Source: Eubacteriales bacterium (GTDB lineage Bacteria; Bacillota; Clostridia; Oscillospirales; CAG-272). Taken from it: 63,936 nt of DNA. Below the pieces are notes generated by a model that searched no databases, was not told the origin of the DNA, and saw only the letters and a program-made list of their open reading frames with translations. A program made the position numbers and the translations under genes. Of the stretch, positions 45,008 to 54,047 are shown piece by piece (within the stretch, counting starts at the first letter, position 1; the number at the start of each line of letters is the position of its first letter). Location of the stretch: contig JAZOPN010000041.1 in the NCBI GenBank assembly GCA_045655565.1, positions 1 through 63,936 on the forward strand. Reading direction: 5' to 3'.

Positions 45008-46603
45008 TTAACACGGGTAGGGTGTTCCAAACTTTATAATTAGCTTCTCAGCCATACGAATACCATCGGTTGCGGATGATATTATTCCGCCAGCATAACC
45101 TGCGCCCTCGCCTGTCGGATATAGTCCAAATAGTACCTCAGACATACCATCATCACCGCGGAGAATGCGAACGGGTGATGTAGTGCGTGTTTCAGGGCCT
45201 GTGAGGACAGCATCATTATACATAAATCCGCCGAGCCACCTATCAAAATCAAGGAAGGCGGATCTCATAGATGATGTGATGTATTCGGGGAGATATTCCT
45301 CCGGGGATGCGGGTATTACGCCACGGGGGTATGACGGCTTGACCGATGCAAGCTCTCTTGGCGTCGAAGAAGCCATAAGGTCGGCAAGGGTGGTTGCAGG
45401 TGCTATATAATTCCCGGCGAGAGAAAATGCAGAGCGTTCGATTTTCTCTTGATATTCTATACCCGCGAGTGGGTCAGAAGAGCCAAAGTCACTAGGCATT
45501 ACTGATACAAGTATAGCAGAGTTTGAATTATCACCCATACGAGAGTACTCACTCATACCGTTGGTAACAATAGACTCTTTACAGCTTGTGGCTGCTACAA
45601 CAGTGCCACCGGGACACATACAGAAACTATAGACGCTTCTACCTGAGGGTAAGTGAGTAACTAGGTGATATGAAGCAGTGTCGGTTATGCTATCCTTAGC
45701 CTCACTATATATAATGCTATTGATATATTCCCTTGGGTGCTCTACTCTCATACCAACGCCAAAGCCACGCGCCACCATAGGTACGCCGAGGCTATAAACA
45801 TGGCGCAGTGTGTCGCGCGCACTATGTCCTGTCGCGAGGATTATAGCAGAAGTGTCTATACTATTCTCTACCCCATCCTTGGTATACTTCACGGCAACGA
45901 TATTGTCATTCTTAGTGATGATATCGGTCATCTTTGCAGAGAATATAAACTCACCACCGAGGGATATAATCTTTTCGCGAAGATGCATTACAATATGTGA
46001 GAGGCGATCTGTGCCAAGGTGAGCCGTCGTGGAATATGCGATATCCGGCGTTGCGCCGCTTAGAATAAACTCGCGAATAATTCTCGCCTTGTATTTATCG
46101 ATAGCGCCAACCTTTAGTTTACCGTCCGAGAATGTACCTGCACCGCCCTCGCCGAACTGTATATTGCATTCGGTGTCGAGTATGCCTAGTGTGTTAAAGA
46201 GGTTTACCTTTGCCTGACGCTCCGTAACAGGCAGACCTCGCTCAAGGATTATGGGACGGACGCCAGCCTCAGCAAGCGCAAGAGCCGAGAAAAGACCGGC
46301 CGGGCCTGCACCTACTACTACGGGGCGAAATGGCATAGTCACTCTGGGCGCAGAATATAGTTCTAGCGCATATTCTGAGACCTTATTTCTAATTTTCATA
46401 AGCCCCTGCTCTTTCTCTTCACTTGAGGAGAACGCAACGGTGCATTTATAATACGGCTTTGTAGTGTCGGAGAGGTCGATGGTGCGACGAATAAGCTCTA
46501 CATCGGTTATCTCGGCTACGGTTATTGGTAGCTTATCAGCTATTGCCACCTTTATATCCATAGAGGCATAGCCTATCGGTAATACTATATCGGTTTTAAG
46601 CAT
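45008..46603 (-). CDS. FAD-dependent oxidoreductase (COG2509-like)
   Basis: Rossmann dinucleotide motif 'VVVGAGPAGLFSALALAEAG'. 531 aa. Confidence 0.75.
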   Translation of the reverse strand: MLKTDIVLPIGYASMDIKVAIADKLPITVAEITDVELIRRTIDLSDTTKPYYKCTVAFSSSEEKEQGLMKIRNKVSEYALELYSAPRVTMPFRPVVVGAGPAGLFSALALAEAGVRPIILERGLPVTERQAKVNLFNTLGILDTECNIQFGEGGAGTFSDGKLKVGAIDKYKARIIREFILSGATPDIAYSTTAHLGTDRLSHIVMHLREKIISLGGEFIFSAKMTDIITKNDNIVAVKYTKDGVENSIDTSAIILATGHSARDTLRHVYSLGVPMVARGFGVGMRVEHPREYINSIIYSEAKDSITDTASYHLVTHLPSGRSVYSFCMCPGGTVVAATSCKESIVTNGMSEYSRMGDNSNSAILVSVMPSDFGSSDPLAGIEYQEKIERSAFSLAGNYIAPATTLADLMASSTPRELASVKPSYPRGVIPASPEEYLPEYITSSMRSAFLDFDRWLGGFMYNDAVLTGPETRTTSPVRILRGDDGMSEVLFGLYPTGEGAGYAGGIISSATDGIRMAEKLIIKFGTPYPC

Positions 46604-46627
46604 ACTGCCTCCTTTTTTACTGTATAT

Positions 46628-46656
46628 ATGATAGCATTTTATTAAATAAAATGCAA
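46628..46656 (-). promoter_or_regulatory. candidate sigma-A promoter for the FAD-protein gene
   Basis: Minus-strand TTGCAT (46651-46656), 17-bp spacer, TGcTATCAT (-10 hexamer 46628-46633). Confidence 0.5.
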
Positions 46657-46754
46657 GAGCATTTATTATCTAGACGGCTTATACAGCAATAAAAATGTCT
46701 AAAAATATAAGAAAACAAAGATTTTAGTCAATAATAGTCTATATAGATAGCAAA

Positions 46755-46816
46755 CGAAATAAAAAGCGGAGGACAGGAAGTCTACTACATAAAGTAGATT
46801 TTGTACTGCCCTCCGC
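46755..46816 (-). terminator. intrinsic terminator of the liv operon
   Basis: gcggaggacag (46766-46776) / ctgccctccgc (46806-46816) with an inner tctact/agtaga stem. The minus-strand tail is TTTTTATTTCG. Confidence 0.8.
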
Positions 46817-46838
46817 GTTTTGCGGAAAAATATTAGAA

Positions 46839-47549
46839 TTAACCGCCTAGGTATGCACGACGGATATCCTCATCCTGAAGAAGCTCGACACCTGTACCTG
46901 TCTTGGTGATATTACCAATCTCAAGTACATATGCGCGGTGCGCTATGGATAGTGCTTTCTTAGCATTCTGCTCAACGAGAAGAACGGTTGTTCCCTGTTC
47001 GTTAACCTTCTTTATCATATCAAAGATGATGTTAACATAGAGAGGGGAAAGTCCCATACTAGGCTCATCAAGAAGAAGCAGTTTAGGCGAGGACATGAGT
47101 GCACGCGACATCGCGAGCATCTGCTGTTCACCGCCCGAGAGAGTACCTGCTATCTGCGAGGAACGCTCCTTAAGAATTGGGAAGTTCGAATACATCTCCT
47201 CAAGCTTGCGCTCAAACTCTGCTTTGTCACTCTTGATGTAGTAACCGAGCATAAGGTTATCATATACGCTAAGCTCCTGGAAAATTCGTCTTCCCTCGGG
47301 AACCTGTGCCATACCCTTACCAACAAGCTTGTGCGCAGGAATATGTGTGATATCCTCACCCATAAGTGTTACACTACCCGAAAGCTTAGGTATAATAGCG
47401 TTAACTGCATGCATAATAGTTGTTTTACCGGCGCCGTTTGCACCAATGAGGGCAACTATCTCCCCCTCATTTACCTCGAAGGATACACCCTTAACAGCCT
47501 TGATAAGGCCGTAGGCTACTTCAAGGTCTTTTACCTCTAAAAGTGCCAT
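46839..47549 (-). CDS. livF: branched-chain amino acid ABC transporter ATP-binding protein
   Basis: Walker A 'GANGAGKTT', 'LSGGEQQML' and 'LLLLDEPSMGL'. Start at ATG 47549 (AGGAGG upstream). Confidence 0.9.
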   Translation of the reverse strand: MALLEVKDLEVAYGLIKAVKGVSFEVNEGEIVALIGANGAGKTTIMHAVNAIIPKLSGSVTLMGEDITHIPAHKLVGKGMAQVPEGRRIFQELSVYDNLMLGYYIKSDKAEFERKLEEMYSNFPILKERSSQIAGTLSGGEQQMLAMSRALMSSPKLLLLDEPSMGLSPLYVNIIFDMIKKVNEQGTTVLLVEQNAKKALSIAHRAYVLEIGNITKTGTGVELLQDEDIRRAYLGG

Positions 47550-47559
47550 AATATCCTCC

Positions 47560-48330
47560 TTAGTCTCCGAGGTATGCTCTAACAACATCGGGGTTGTTAA
47601 GCACCTCGCTAACGCCGCCCTCTGCGAGCGTCTGTCCAAAGTTAAGAACGGTAAGTCTGTCGCAGATACCCGATACAAGGCTCATATCGTGCTCGATAAG
47701 GAGTATTGTCATATCGAAGTGGTCGCGAACAAACTTAATTGTCTGCATAAGCTCTTCTGTCTCGTGGGGGTTCATACCTGCTGCCGGCTCATCGAGAAGA
47801 AGAAGCTTCGGTCCTGTGGCAAGGGCGCGCGCTATCTCAAGCTTACGCTGCTTACCATATGGGAGGTTACAGGCGAGGTTGTTCCTATCCTCGAGTAGTC
47901 CGAATATTTCGAGAAGCTCCTTTGCGCGCTCGCGCATTCTCTTCTCAACGCTGAAGTGGCGAGGAAGGCGCAATAGGCTCTCGAAGAGTGTGCAGTTATA
48001 GGCAGGGTCATTATGTAGACCGACCATAACATTACGCACAACGGTCATATTATTAAAGAGTCTTATATTCTGGAAGGTACGAGCTATTCCCTTACGGTTG
48101 ATTATATCCTGAGGAAGTCCCTTAAGCTCCTCACCGTCAAGCAAGAATGTACCGAATGTGGGCTGATAAACACCCGTTAACATATTAAATACTGTTGTTT
48201 TACCGGCACCGTTAGGTCCGATAAGTCCGTATATCTCGTTTTCCTTAATGCGGAGGTTGCAATCCTGAACAGCTTTAAGACCACCGAACGAGATGCCAAG
48301 ACCGCGTGTTTCAAGAACATATTCTGCCAT
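47560..48330 (-). CDS. livG: branched-chain amino acid ABC transporter ATP-binding protein
   Basis: Walker A 'GPNGAGKTT', 'LPYGKQRKLEIA' and 'LLLLDEPAAGMN'. TAATG overlap with livM. Confidence 0.9.
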   Translation of the reverse strand: MAEYVLETRGLGISFGGLKAVQDCNLRIKENEIYGLIGPNGAGKTTVFNMLTGVYQPTFGTFLLDGEELKGLPQDIINRKGIARTFQNIRLFNNMTVVRNVMVGLHNDPAYNCTLFESLLRLPRHFSVEKRMRERAKELLEIFGLLEDRNNLACNLPYGKQRKLEIARALATGPKLLLLDEPAAGMNPHETEELMQTIKFVRDHFDMTILLIEHDMSLVSGICDRLTVLNFGQTLAEGGVSEVLNNPDVVRAYLGD

Positions 48331-49478
48331 TACTTTTTACCTCCCGCGTCAGGTGTCTGAACACTCTCGGTTACCTGAACATCTATCGAGAGAACCTCGT
48401 TCATTTCAATCTTGGTAGGTACTACATCCCAGCGTGCCTCGTCATCCGTCTGAACAGAGGGATCTATGGGCTTCTTGAAGATTCTTCTCCAAAGAGCCTT
48501 AATGTTGTACTTATCACGGAAGCCCTTAAGAGCAGGGGCGTTGTTATAGATTACTATAACTATAAGGATAAGAGCGTAAATCAGGTTCTTAAGAACAGCA
48601 AGGTTACCTGTAAGTATAGTAGAGAGTTCAACATTAAGATAGGTTATAAGGGTAGCCGCTATAATAGAGCCTGTTATATTACCCATACCACCAAGAACAA
48701 CCATTACAAGTATCTCTATCGAATAGTTATAACCAAACTGAGTCGCCTGTACGGTGAAGTTAGAGTGGCTGTAAAGCACGCCCGCAACACCTGCAAAGAA
48801 TGCAGAAACTATGAATGCAAGGAGCTTGTACTTTGTAACATTGATACCTGTTGCCTTAGCAGCGATCTCGTTATCACGAATAGAGGTGATTGCTCTACCG
48901 TGTTTCGAACGCATAAGGTTCTGAGTGATAAGAAGACAGACAAGAACGGCAACAAAGGCAATAATGAAGAGATATGTTCTATCGTATCTTGGGGTCGAAA
49001 GACCCATAGCTCCACCGAAAGACTCCTTGTCGGTGTTCTGGAAGATAGAACGAACTATCTCGCCAAATGCAAGAGTTACTATCGCGAGGTAGTCACCGCG
49101 AAGACGAAGTGCAGGCAGACCTACAACAAAGCCGCAGATTGCCGCAACAACACCACCTATGAGCATAGCGATAATAAGAATGAAAATGCTCTCCTGGTTA
49201 GGGTCTATAACAGCAGCAAACTTACCTCCAATGTAAGCACCTACGCACATAAATCCTGCGTGACCGAGCGAAAGCTCACCCAGGAAGCCGACAACGATAC
49301 TAAGAGAAACCGCAAGCATAACAGAGATGCCGATTTTCTCAAGTAGGTAAAGCGTCGATGCCTTAAGCGCGCCAGCAAATGTAAGCGACGCAAACAAGAT
49401 GGTAAACACCAGAACTATGATATAGTTAATATAGTGCTTCCACTTAATCTTTTTTAAGCCAGAGAGAAAGTTCTTCAT
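48330..49478 (-). CDS. livM: branched-chain amino acid ABC transporter permease (with C-terminal extension)
   Basis: Multi-pass LivM-type permease. 382 aa, including a roughly 60-aa hydrophilic tail. Confidence 0.85.
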   Translation of the reverse strand: MKNFLSGLKKIKWKHYINYIIVLVFTILFASLTFAGALKASTLYLLEKIGISVMLAVSLSIVVGFLGELSLGHAGFMCVGAYIGGKFAAVIDPNQESIFILIIAMLIGGVVAAICGFVVGLPALRLRGDYLAIVTLAFGEIVRSIFQNTDKESFGGAMGLSTPRYDRTYLFIIAFVAVLVCLLITQNLMRSKHGRAITSIRDNEIAAKATGINVTKYKLLAFIVSAFFAGVAGVLYSHSNFTVQATQFGYNYSIEILVMVVLGGMGNITGSIIAATLITYLNVELSTILTGNLAVLKNLIYALILIVIVIYNNAPALKGFRDKYNIKALWRRIFKKPIDPSVQTDDEARWDVVPTKIEMNEVLSIDVQVTESVQTPDAGGKK

Positions 49479-50356
49479 TATACCTTTTCCCTCCTCTTCT
49501 TACCAAGTATGCCCGAGGGGCGTACAAGTAGAATAATTATAAGTATCGAGAACTCGATAGCATCGGTATAAGGAGCAATGGCGGGAACGAGCTTAGTCAA
49601 AGACTCGATTACGCCAAGCAGGATGCCACCGAGAACAGCACCGGGTATAGAGCCGATACCACCGATAACTGCGGCGGTAAATGCCTTGATACCAGGCATA
49701 GCACCTAGTGTAGGAAGAATAGCAGGTGACTTCATAAGCATAAATACTGCAGCGACCGCAGCTAGAGCCGAGCCTATCGCAAAGGTGACGATGATAATAG
49801 CATTAACATTTACACCCATAAGCCTTGCGGCATCTCTATCCTCGGATACGGCAATCATCGCGCGACCAACCTTTGTGTACTTAACAAAGAGTGTTAGAGC
49901 GGTCATAATGATAACTGCGGCAACAAGGGTGATAAGCGTGCTGTACTGTATGGACAAAGCACCAATTTCAAGAGAGCCACGAACCTGAAGATTAAGAAGC
50001 ATCTTCTGACCCGAGCCAAAGATAATCTGTGCTAAGCTCTGAAGCATATAACTTACGCCTATCGCCGTAATTAAAACGGCAAGAGGTGACGCACCGCGAA
50101 GTGGGCCGTAAGCAAGACGCTCAATAGTAACTCCAAGGAATACACAAACAAGCACTGCGGCAATAATCGCAACAATCGCAGGCGTCTTCATCGTAAAGAG
50201 GAACACATAGAGCATATATGCGCCAACCATAATTACATCACCGTGGGCGAAGTTCAATAGCTTCGCTATACCATAAACCATAGTATAGCCTATCGCTATC
50301 ATCGCATATGTACTACCCGCACTAAGGCCTGTTATGAGAGTTGATAAAAATTCCAT
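49478..50356 (-). CDS. livH: branched-chain amino acid ABC transporter permease
   Basis: LivH-type permease 'GLSAGSTYAMIAIGYTMVYG...LNFAHGD'. Start at ATG 50356. Confidence 0.85.
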   Translation of the reverse strand: MEFLSTLITGLSAGSTYAMIAIGYTMVYGIAKLLNFAHGDVIMVGAYMLYVFLFTMKTPAIVAIIAAVLVCVFLGVTIERLAYGPLRGASPLAVLITAIGVSYMLQSLAQIIFGSGQKMLLNLQVRGSLEIGALSIQYSTLITLVAAVIIMTALTLFVKYTKVGRAMIAVSEDRDAARLMGVNVNAIIIVTFAIGSALAAVAAVFMLMKSPAILPTLGAMPGIKAFTAAVIGGIGSIPGAVLGGILLGVIESLTKLVPAIAPYTDAIEFSILIIILLVRPSGILGKKRREKV

Positions 50357-50442
50357 AATAATCCTTAATCCGTATTTTACGACAATACGCTGACACGGGC
50401 AAAGCCGCGTCAGCATATCGCCATAAACATTATTTTTATTAA

Positions 50443-51600
50443 TTAGTCAGCGTTCTTGATAACAACGGGGTTAGTGGTCTTGTTTACATAACCATTCTCC
50501 CAAGTCATATCAGTACCGGTAACACCGGTGTACTTGAACTCGCCATCGAACTGAGCCTTAAGAATAGCAGACATCTGTGCAACAGTGGTAGAACCATTAA
50601 CGGTCTCGCCGGAAGCCTTAAGTGCATTGTAGATAGCATATACACAGTCGTATGCAGCAGCACCAAACTGGTTAAGGGTCTCTGCACCGAAGTTCTCAAC
50701 ATACTTGTCAGCGAACTCCTTAGCTGCGCCGGAAGTAGCGTTAGAGTCGTAGTGAGAAAGCATCTGGATCTTCTGAGGAACAGTGGTAACATCGAACTCA
50801 GCGGTCATACCGTCGAAGCCGTCGCAACCATAGTATGTAGCATCATCAGCTATAACACCAACACCCTGGGTCATAAAGACAGATGCAGGACCGTAGTAGA
50901 TAGGCATGAAGATGAAGGAACAATCCTTAAGAGCCTGAACAGCGGTAGCAAAGTCGGACTCGCCCTCTTGGAAGGACTGCTCAACAACCTGGATACCATC
51001 GTTAAGCTCTGCCTTGAAAGTCTCGCGGATACCGGTGGAGTAAGCATCATCAGACTTGTAGAACATACCAACCTTGGTAAGACCGAGGCTGTTTACATAC
51101 TGAGCTGCAGCAGTACCCTGAGTAGGATCTGCGAAGCACATCTGATAGCCATAGCCCTCAGCGTTAGCAGGAACATCGTATGCGGAAGCGGAAGGTGTAA
51201 GGAAGAACATATCATCCTCTACTGCGAACTTAAGGAACTCAAGGCAGGGGTTGGTTGTAACGCAACCAAGAGAAACCTGCATACCGCCCTCCTTAAGAGT
51301 AGCGTAGCCCTGTGCTACATTAGCAGCAACGTGAACATCATCGAAAGCCTCAAGAGAGAACTTTACGCCGTTGAGACCGCCAGCCTTGTTGATCTCATAA
51401 ACAGCAAGCTTAGCGGAATTATAAACAGCGGTGCCGTATACTGCGGCGCCACCGGTAAGAGGACCGGAGAGACCGATCTTGATGGTGTCCTCAGAGAACT
51501 CGGGAACCTCGATCTGGGGCTTACCGCAAGAAGCGAAGCCTACTACGAGAAGTGCAAGCATGAGCACCATCGATACTACTTTGACAAATGTCTTTTTCAT
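50443..51600 (-). CDS. livJ: branched-chain amino acid ABC transporter substrate-binding lipoprotein
   Basis: Lipobox 'GFASCG' after a signal peptide, with a type-I periplasmic-binding fold. Start at ATG 51600, because ATG 51645 lies upstream of the mapped -10 element. Confidence 0.85.
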   Translation of the reverse strand: MKKTFVKVVSMVLMLALLVVGFASCGKPQIEVPEFSEDTIKIGLSGPLTGGAAVYGTAVYNSAKLAVYEINKAGGLNGVKFSLEAFDDVHVAANVAQGYATLKEGGMQVSLGCVTTNPCLEFLKFAVEDDMFFLTPSASAYDVPANAEGYGYQMCFADPTQGTAAAQYVNSLGLTKVGMFYKSDDAYSTGIRETFKAELNDGIQVVEQSFQEGESDFATAVQALKDCSFIFMPIYYGPASVFMTQGVGVIADDATYYGCDGFDGMTAEFDVTTVPQKIQMLSHYDSNATSGAAKEFADKYVENFGAETLNQFGAAAYDCVYAIYNALKASGETVNGSTTVAQMSAILKAQFDGEFKYTGVTGTDMTWENGYVNKTTNPVVIKNAD

Positions 51601-51636
51601 TTTTGTGAACTCCTTTGGTTTATTAAAGATGTTACC

Positions 51637-51665
51637 ATTATACATTGCCGTGTCACTTTTGTCAA
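51637..51665 (-). promoter_or_regulatory. consensus sigma-A promoter of the liv operon
   Basis: Minus-strand TTGACA (51660-51665), 17-bp spacer, TATAAT (51637-51642) preceded by TG. Confidence 0.7.
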
Positions 51666-51897
51666 TAGGTTTTTATATGACATTTCGTCATAGATACCAC
51701 TGCATTCATTTATTACTTGACAAAGTCTAATACTTGTCAAATAATGCTTGATTTTTAGGGCTTCTTTTGTGTAAAATGACCATGGATTTTAGTGTGCTAA
51801 ATCAGTTTTCATTGTAGTAACATCGGTTTCTTTCCTATTATTTTATATACTTATATAAGTTTTCCTAAGCAATGGATAATAATAGGTGTAAATACTC

Positions 51898-51937
51898 GGA
51901 AAATATAAGGGGAGCCGCGATTCTATCACAGCTCCCC
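51898..51937 (-). terminator. intrinsic terminator ending the large ABC/exoprotein operon
   Basis: ggggagc (51909-51915) / gctcccc (51931-51937). The minus-strand tail is TTATATTTTCC. Confidence 0.65.
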
Positions 51938-51968
51938 AAAGCCTAGCGAATGCTATGCAAATAACAAG

Positions 51969-53063
51969 TTATCCAACTATACCAGAACGCTCTATACCCT
52001 CAACAAGGTATCTCTGGCAGAACAGATAAAGCACAATGAGCGGTGCTATAATAAGCATACCGGCAGTATTCTGTATAACATTAGTATACGCGGAACTGAG
52101 CGCTGCATCTGTTGCGAGCGAAGTAGGCATAGTCTGATAGATATCAGGCATAAGCCAAACCTTATACTTCGCCTGATTAGTCATGAAGAACATCTTGTAG
52201 TAGAACTCATCCGTCCACTGCCAAGAGAAGGAGAAGAGGAAGATGGTTATCATCATAGGTACGGACAGAGGAAGTATGATCTGCACGAAGGTGCGGAATA
52301 CACCTGAGCCATCAACATAAGCAGACTCCTCAAGCTCGTCAGGAATACCCTTAAAGAACTGACGCATCATATAGATGTAAAGACCGTTCTTGAATGCAAG
52401 ACCACCGACCGAGAGAATAATCATCGGAGCGAAGGTGAACATAAGGTCAACCTGCTTAGGCTCAACTCCCTGTATCGACGAAACAACATTGTTGATAATT
52501 TCAACAATACCGGGATAACCCGCAGAGATTACGACACCAAGGTCGAAATCAATAAAGTGCTTCGTCATAGAGGTGAAGAGCGCGTTGTGAGGAATAACCA
52601 TCGTTATAACAACGAATGCCATAACAATCTTGTTGCCACGGAACTTGAACTTAGCAATACCGTAACCAACAAGGCAGGATACGATTGTCTGAATGATAGC
52701 ACAGGATATAGAGAGAAGGAATGTATTACCAAACGCCTCAAAGTACCTGTTTTCAAACAGCAGTGCCTGATAAATTTCAAGCGTGGGGTTCTTAGGAATA
52801 AATGCAATGGTGTTATCCATTACATCGGCGCGCGTCATAAAGGACGCTGCAATTCTCGCAATGAAGGGATGAAGTATGACGAAGGAAACACCAAGCATCA
52901 GAATAAATCTGAAGATGTTAACAACAGCGGTGATCCAAGTGTTTGAAGCCTTAAGCCTCTCAAGAAGCCTCTGCTTAAAGGTCATCTTACCTTCATAGTC
53001 TACGGAGATGCGGTTCTTAGTCTCCCTTCTGATTACGGGAGTAGATTCTACATTACGATCCAT
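51969..53063 (-). CDS. carbohydrate-type ABC transporter permease (MalG-like, pair 2, with a long N-terminal and loop insert)
   Basis: 364 aa. BPD_transp_1 'EESAYVDGSGVFRTFVQIILPLSVP' EAA-loop motif. AAGGAGG ribosome-binding site. Confidence 0.85.
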   Translation of the reverse strand: MDRNVESTPVIRRETKNRISVDYEGKMTFKQRLLERLKASNTWITAVVNIFRFILMLGVSFVILHPFIARIAASFMTRADVMDNTIAFIPKNPTLEIYQALLFENRYFEAFGNTFLLSISCAIIQTIVSCLVGYGIAKFKFRGNKIVMAFVVITMVIPHNALFTSMTKHFIDFDLGVVISAGYPGIVEIINNVVSSIQGVEPKQVDLMFTFAPMIILSVGGLAFKNGLYIYMMRQFFKGIPDELEESAYVDGSGVFRTFVQIILPLSVPMMITIFLFSFSWQWTDEFYYKMFFMTNQAKYKVWLMPDIYQTMPTSLATDAALSSAYTNVIQNTAGMLIIAPLIVLYLFCQRYLVEGIERSGIVG

Positions 53064-53075
53064 TATAGCACCTCC

Positions 53076-54032
53076 TTAATCCTTTCTCTGGTAGAATACC
53101 ATCGTAGAAGCGATAGCAGCTACAATACCGATTATCGCAATAACGAAGATGAAGTACACCCAGTACATCGCGGTTGCCTCGTTCGCAGAGTCGCCACCAC
53201 GAAGACGAACCTCATCTATGTATCTCATCATAGGCGAGTTGGTTCTTGTGAAGGAGTCGATAATTGTATAAACCGAGTTTACAAGAATCATCGGGGATAT
53301 CATCGGGAATGTAACCTTCCAGAATGTCTCCCAACCTGACGCACCGTCGATACGGCACGCCTCGTAGATAGAGGGAGAGATAGACTGAAGTCCGGCAAGG
53401 AAGATAAGCATCTGAACACCCGAATAGTTAATAATCGAGTAGATGCTGTTAACCAGCGACACAACATACGCAACAAGCTCAGTACCTACCGCCATAGAGG
53501 AGAATAGTGCCTGGACATCAAGCATATTGATGATTCCACCGCCTGCGGTTGTACCACTACCATCGTTGATACCGCCCTCCATCTGATCGGTCATAGTATC
53601 ATCACCATTTATGGAGATCATAAGACCGGTTGCGATAATAACGGGAACGAAGTAGATAGCTCTGAACACCGCACGACCGAGCATCTTCTGGTTAAGAACA
53701 ACTGCAATAAACAGCGAGAAGATGATGATCGCGGGAACTTCAAATATCAACTGCTGAATCGAAGCAAGGAGCTTCGTCATAGTTGTTGTACTTGTGAATA
53801 CCGACACATAATGCTTAAAGCCTGCGAACTGAAGAACCTCAGCGGCAAATCCGTTCTCATCCGTGCCGGCAATAAAGCTGTTGAAGCTGAACCAAATAGA
53901 GTCAATCAGTATCGGGAGGTAAATAAGCAGAATGCCAAGAATGAAGGGGAGGACAAAGATATATCCGGAGTTAGCACGTCTTTTCTCAAGAGAGGCGCGA
54001 CGACGCTTTTTGGGCTGTACAGTAGTATCCAT
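53076..54032 (-). CDS. carbohydrate-type ABC transporter permease (MalF-like, pair 2)
   Basis: 318 aa, six TM spans, EAA loop 'YEACRIDGASGWETFWKVTFPMISP'. Confidence 0.85.
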   Translation of the reverse strand: MDTTVQPKKRRRASLEKRRANSGYIFVLPFILGILLIYLPILIDSIWFSFNSFIAGTDENGFAAEVLQFAGFKHYVSVFTSTTTMTKLLASIQQLIFEVPAIIIFSLFIAVVLNQKMLGRAVFRAIYFVPVIIATGLMISINGDDTMTDQMEGGINDGSGTTAGGGIINMLDVQALFSSMAVGTELVAYVVSLVNSIYSIINYSGVQMLIFLAGLQSISPSIYEACRIDGASGWETFWKVTFPMISPMILVNSVYTIIDSFTRTNSPMMRYIDEVRLRGGDSANEATAMYWVYFIFVIAIIGIVAAIASTMVFYQRKD

Positions 54033-54047
54033 ATTATCTTATCCTCC

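Noticed and set aside
48306-49346. 346-aa plus-strand ORF
   Set aside because: It is antisense to livM. Its Tyr/Asn/Lys/Cys-rich translation has no membrane or enzyme features, whereas the minus-strand frame gives a clean LivM permease.
50752-51693. 313-aa plus-strand ORF
   Set aside because: It is antisense to livJ and runs through the mapped liv promoter. It has no ribosome-binding site, and the sense frame has a lipobox and a binding-protein fold.
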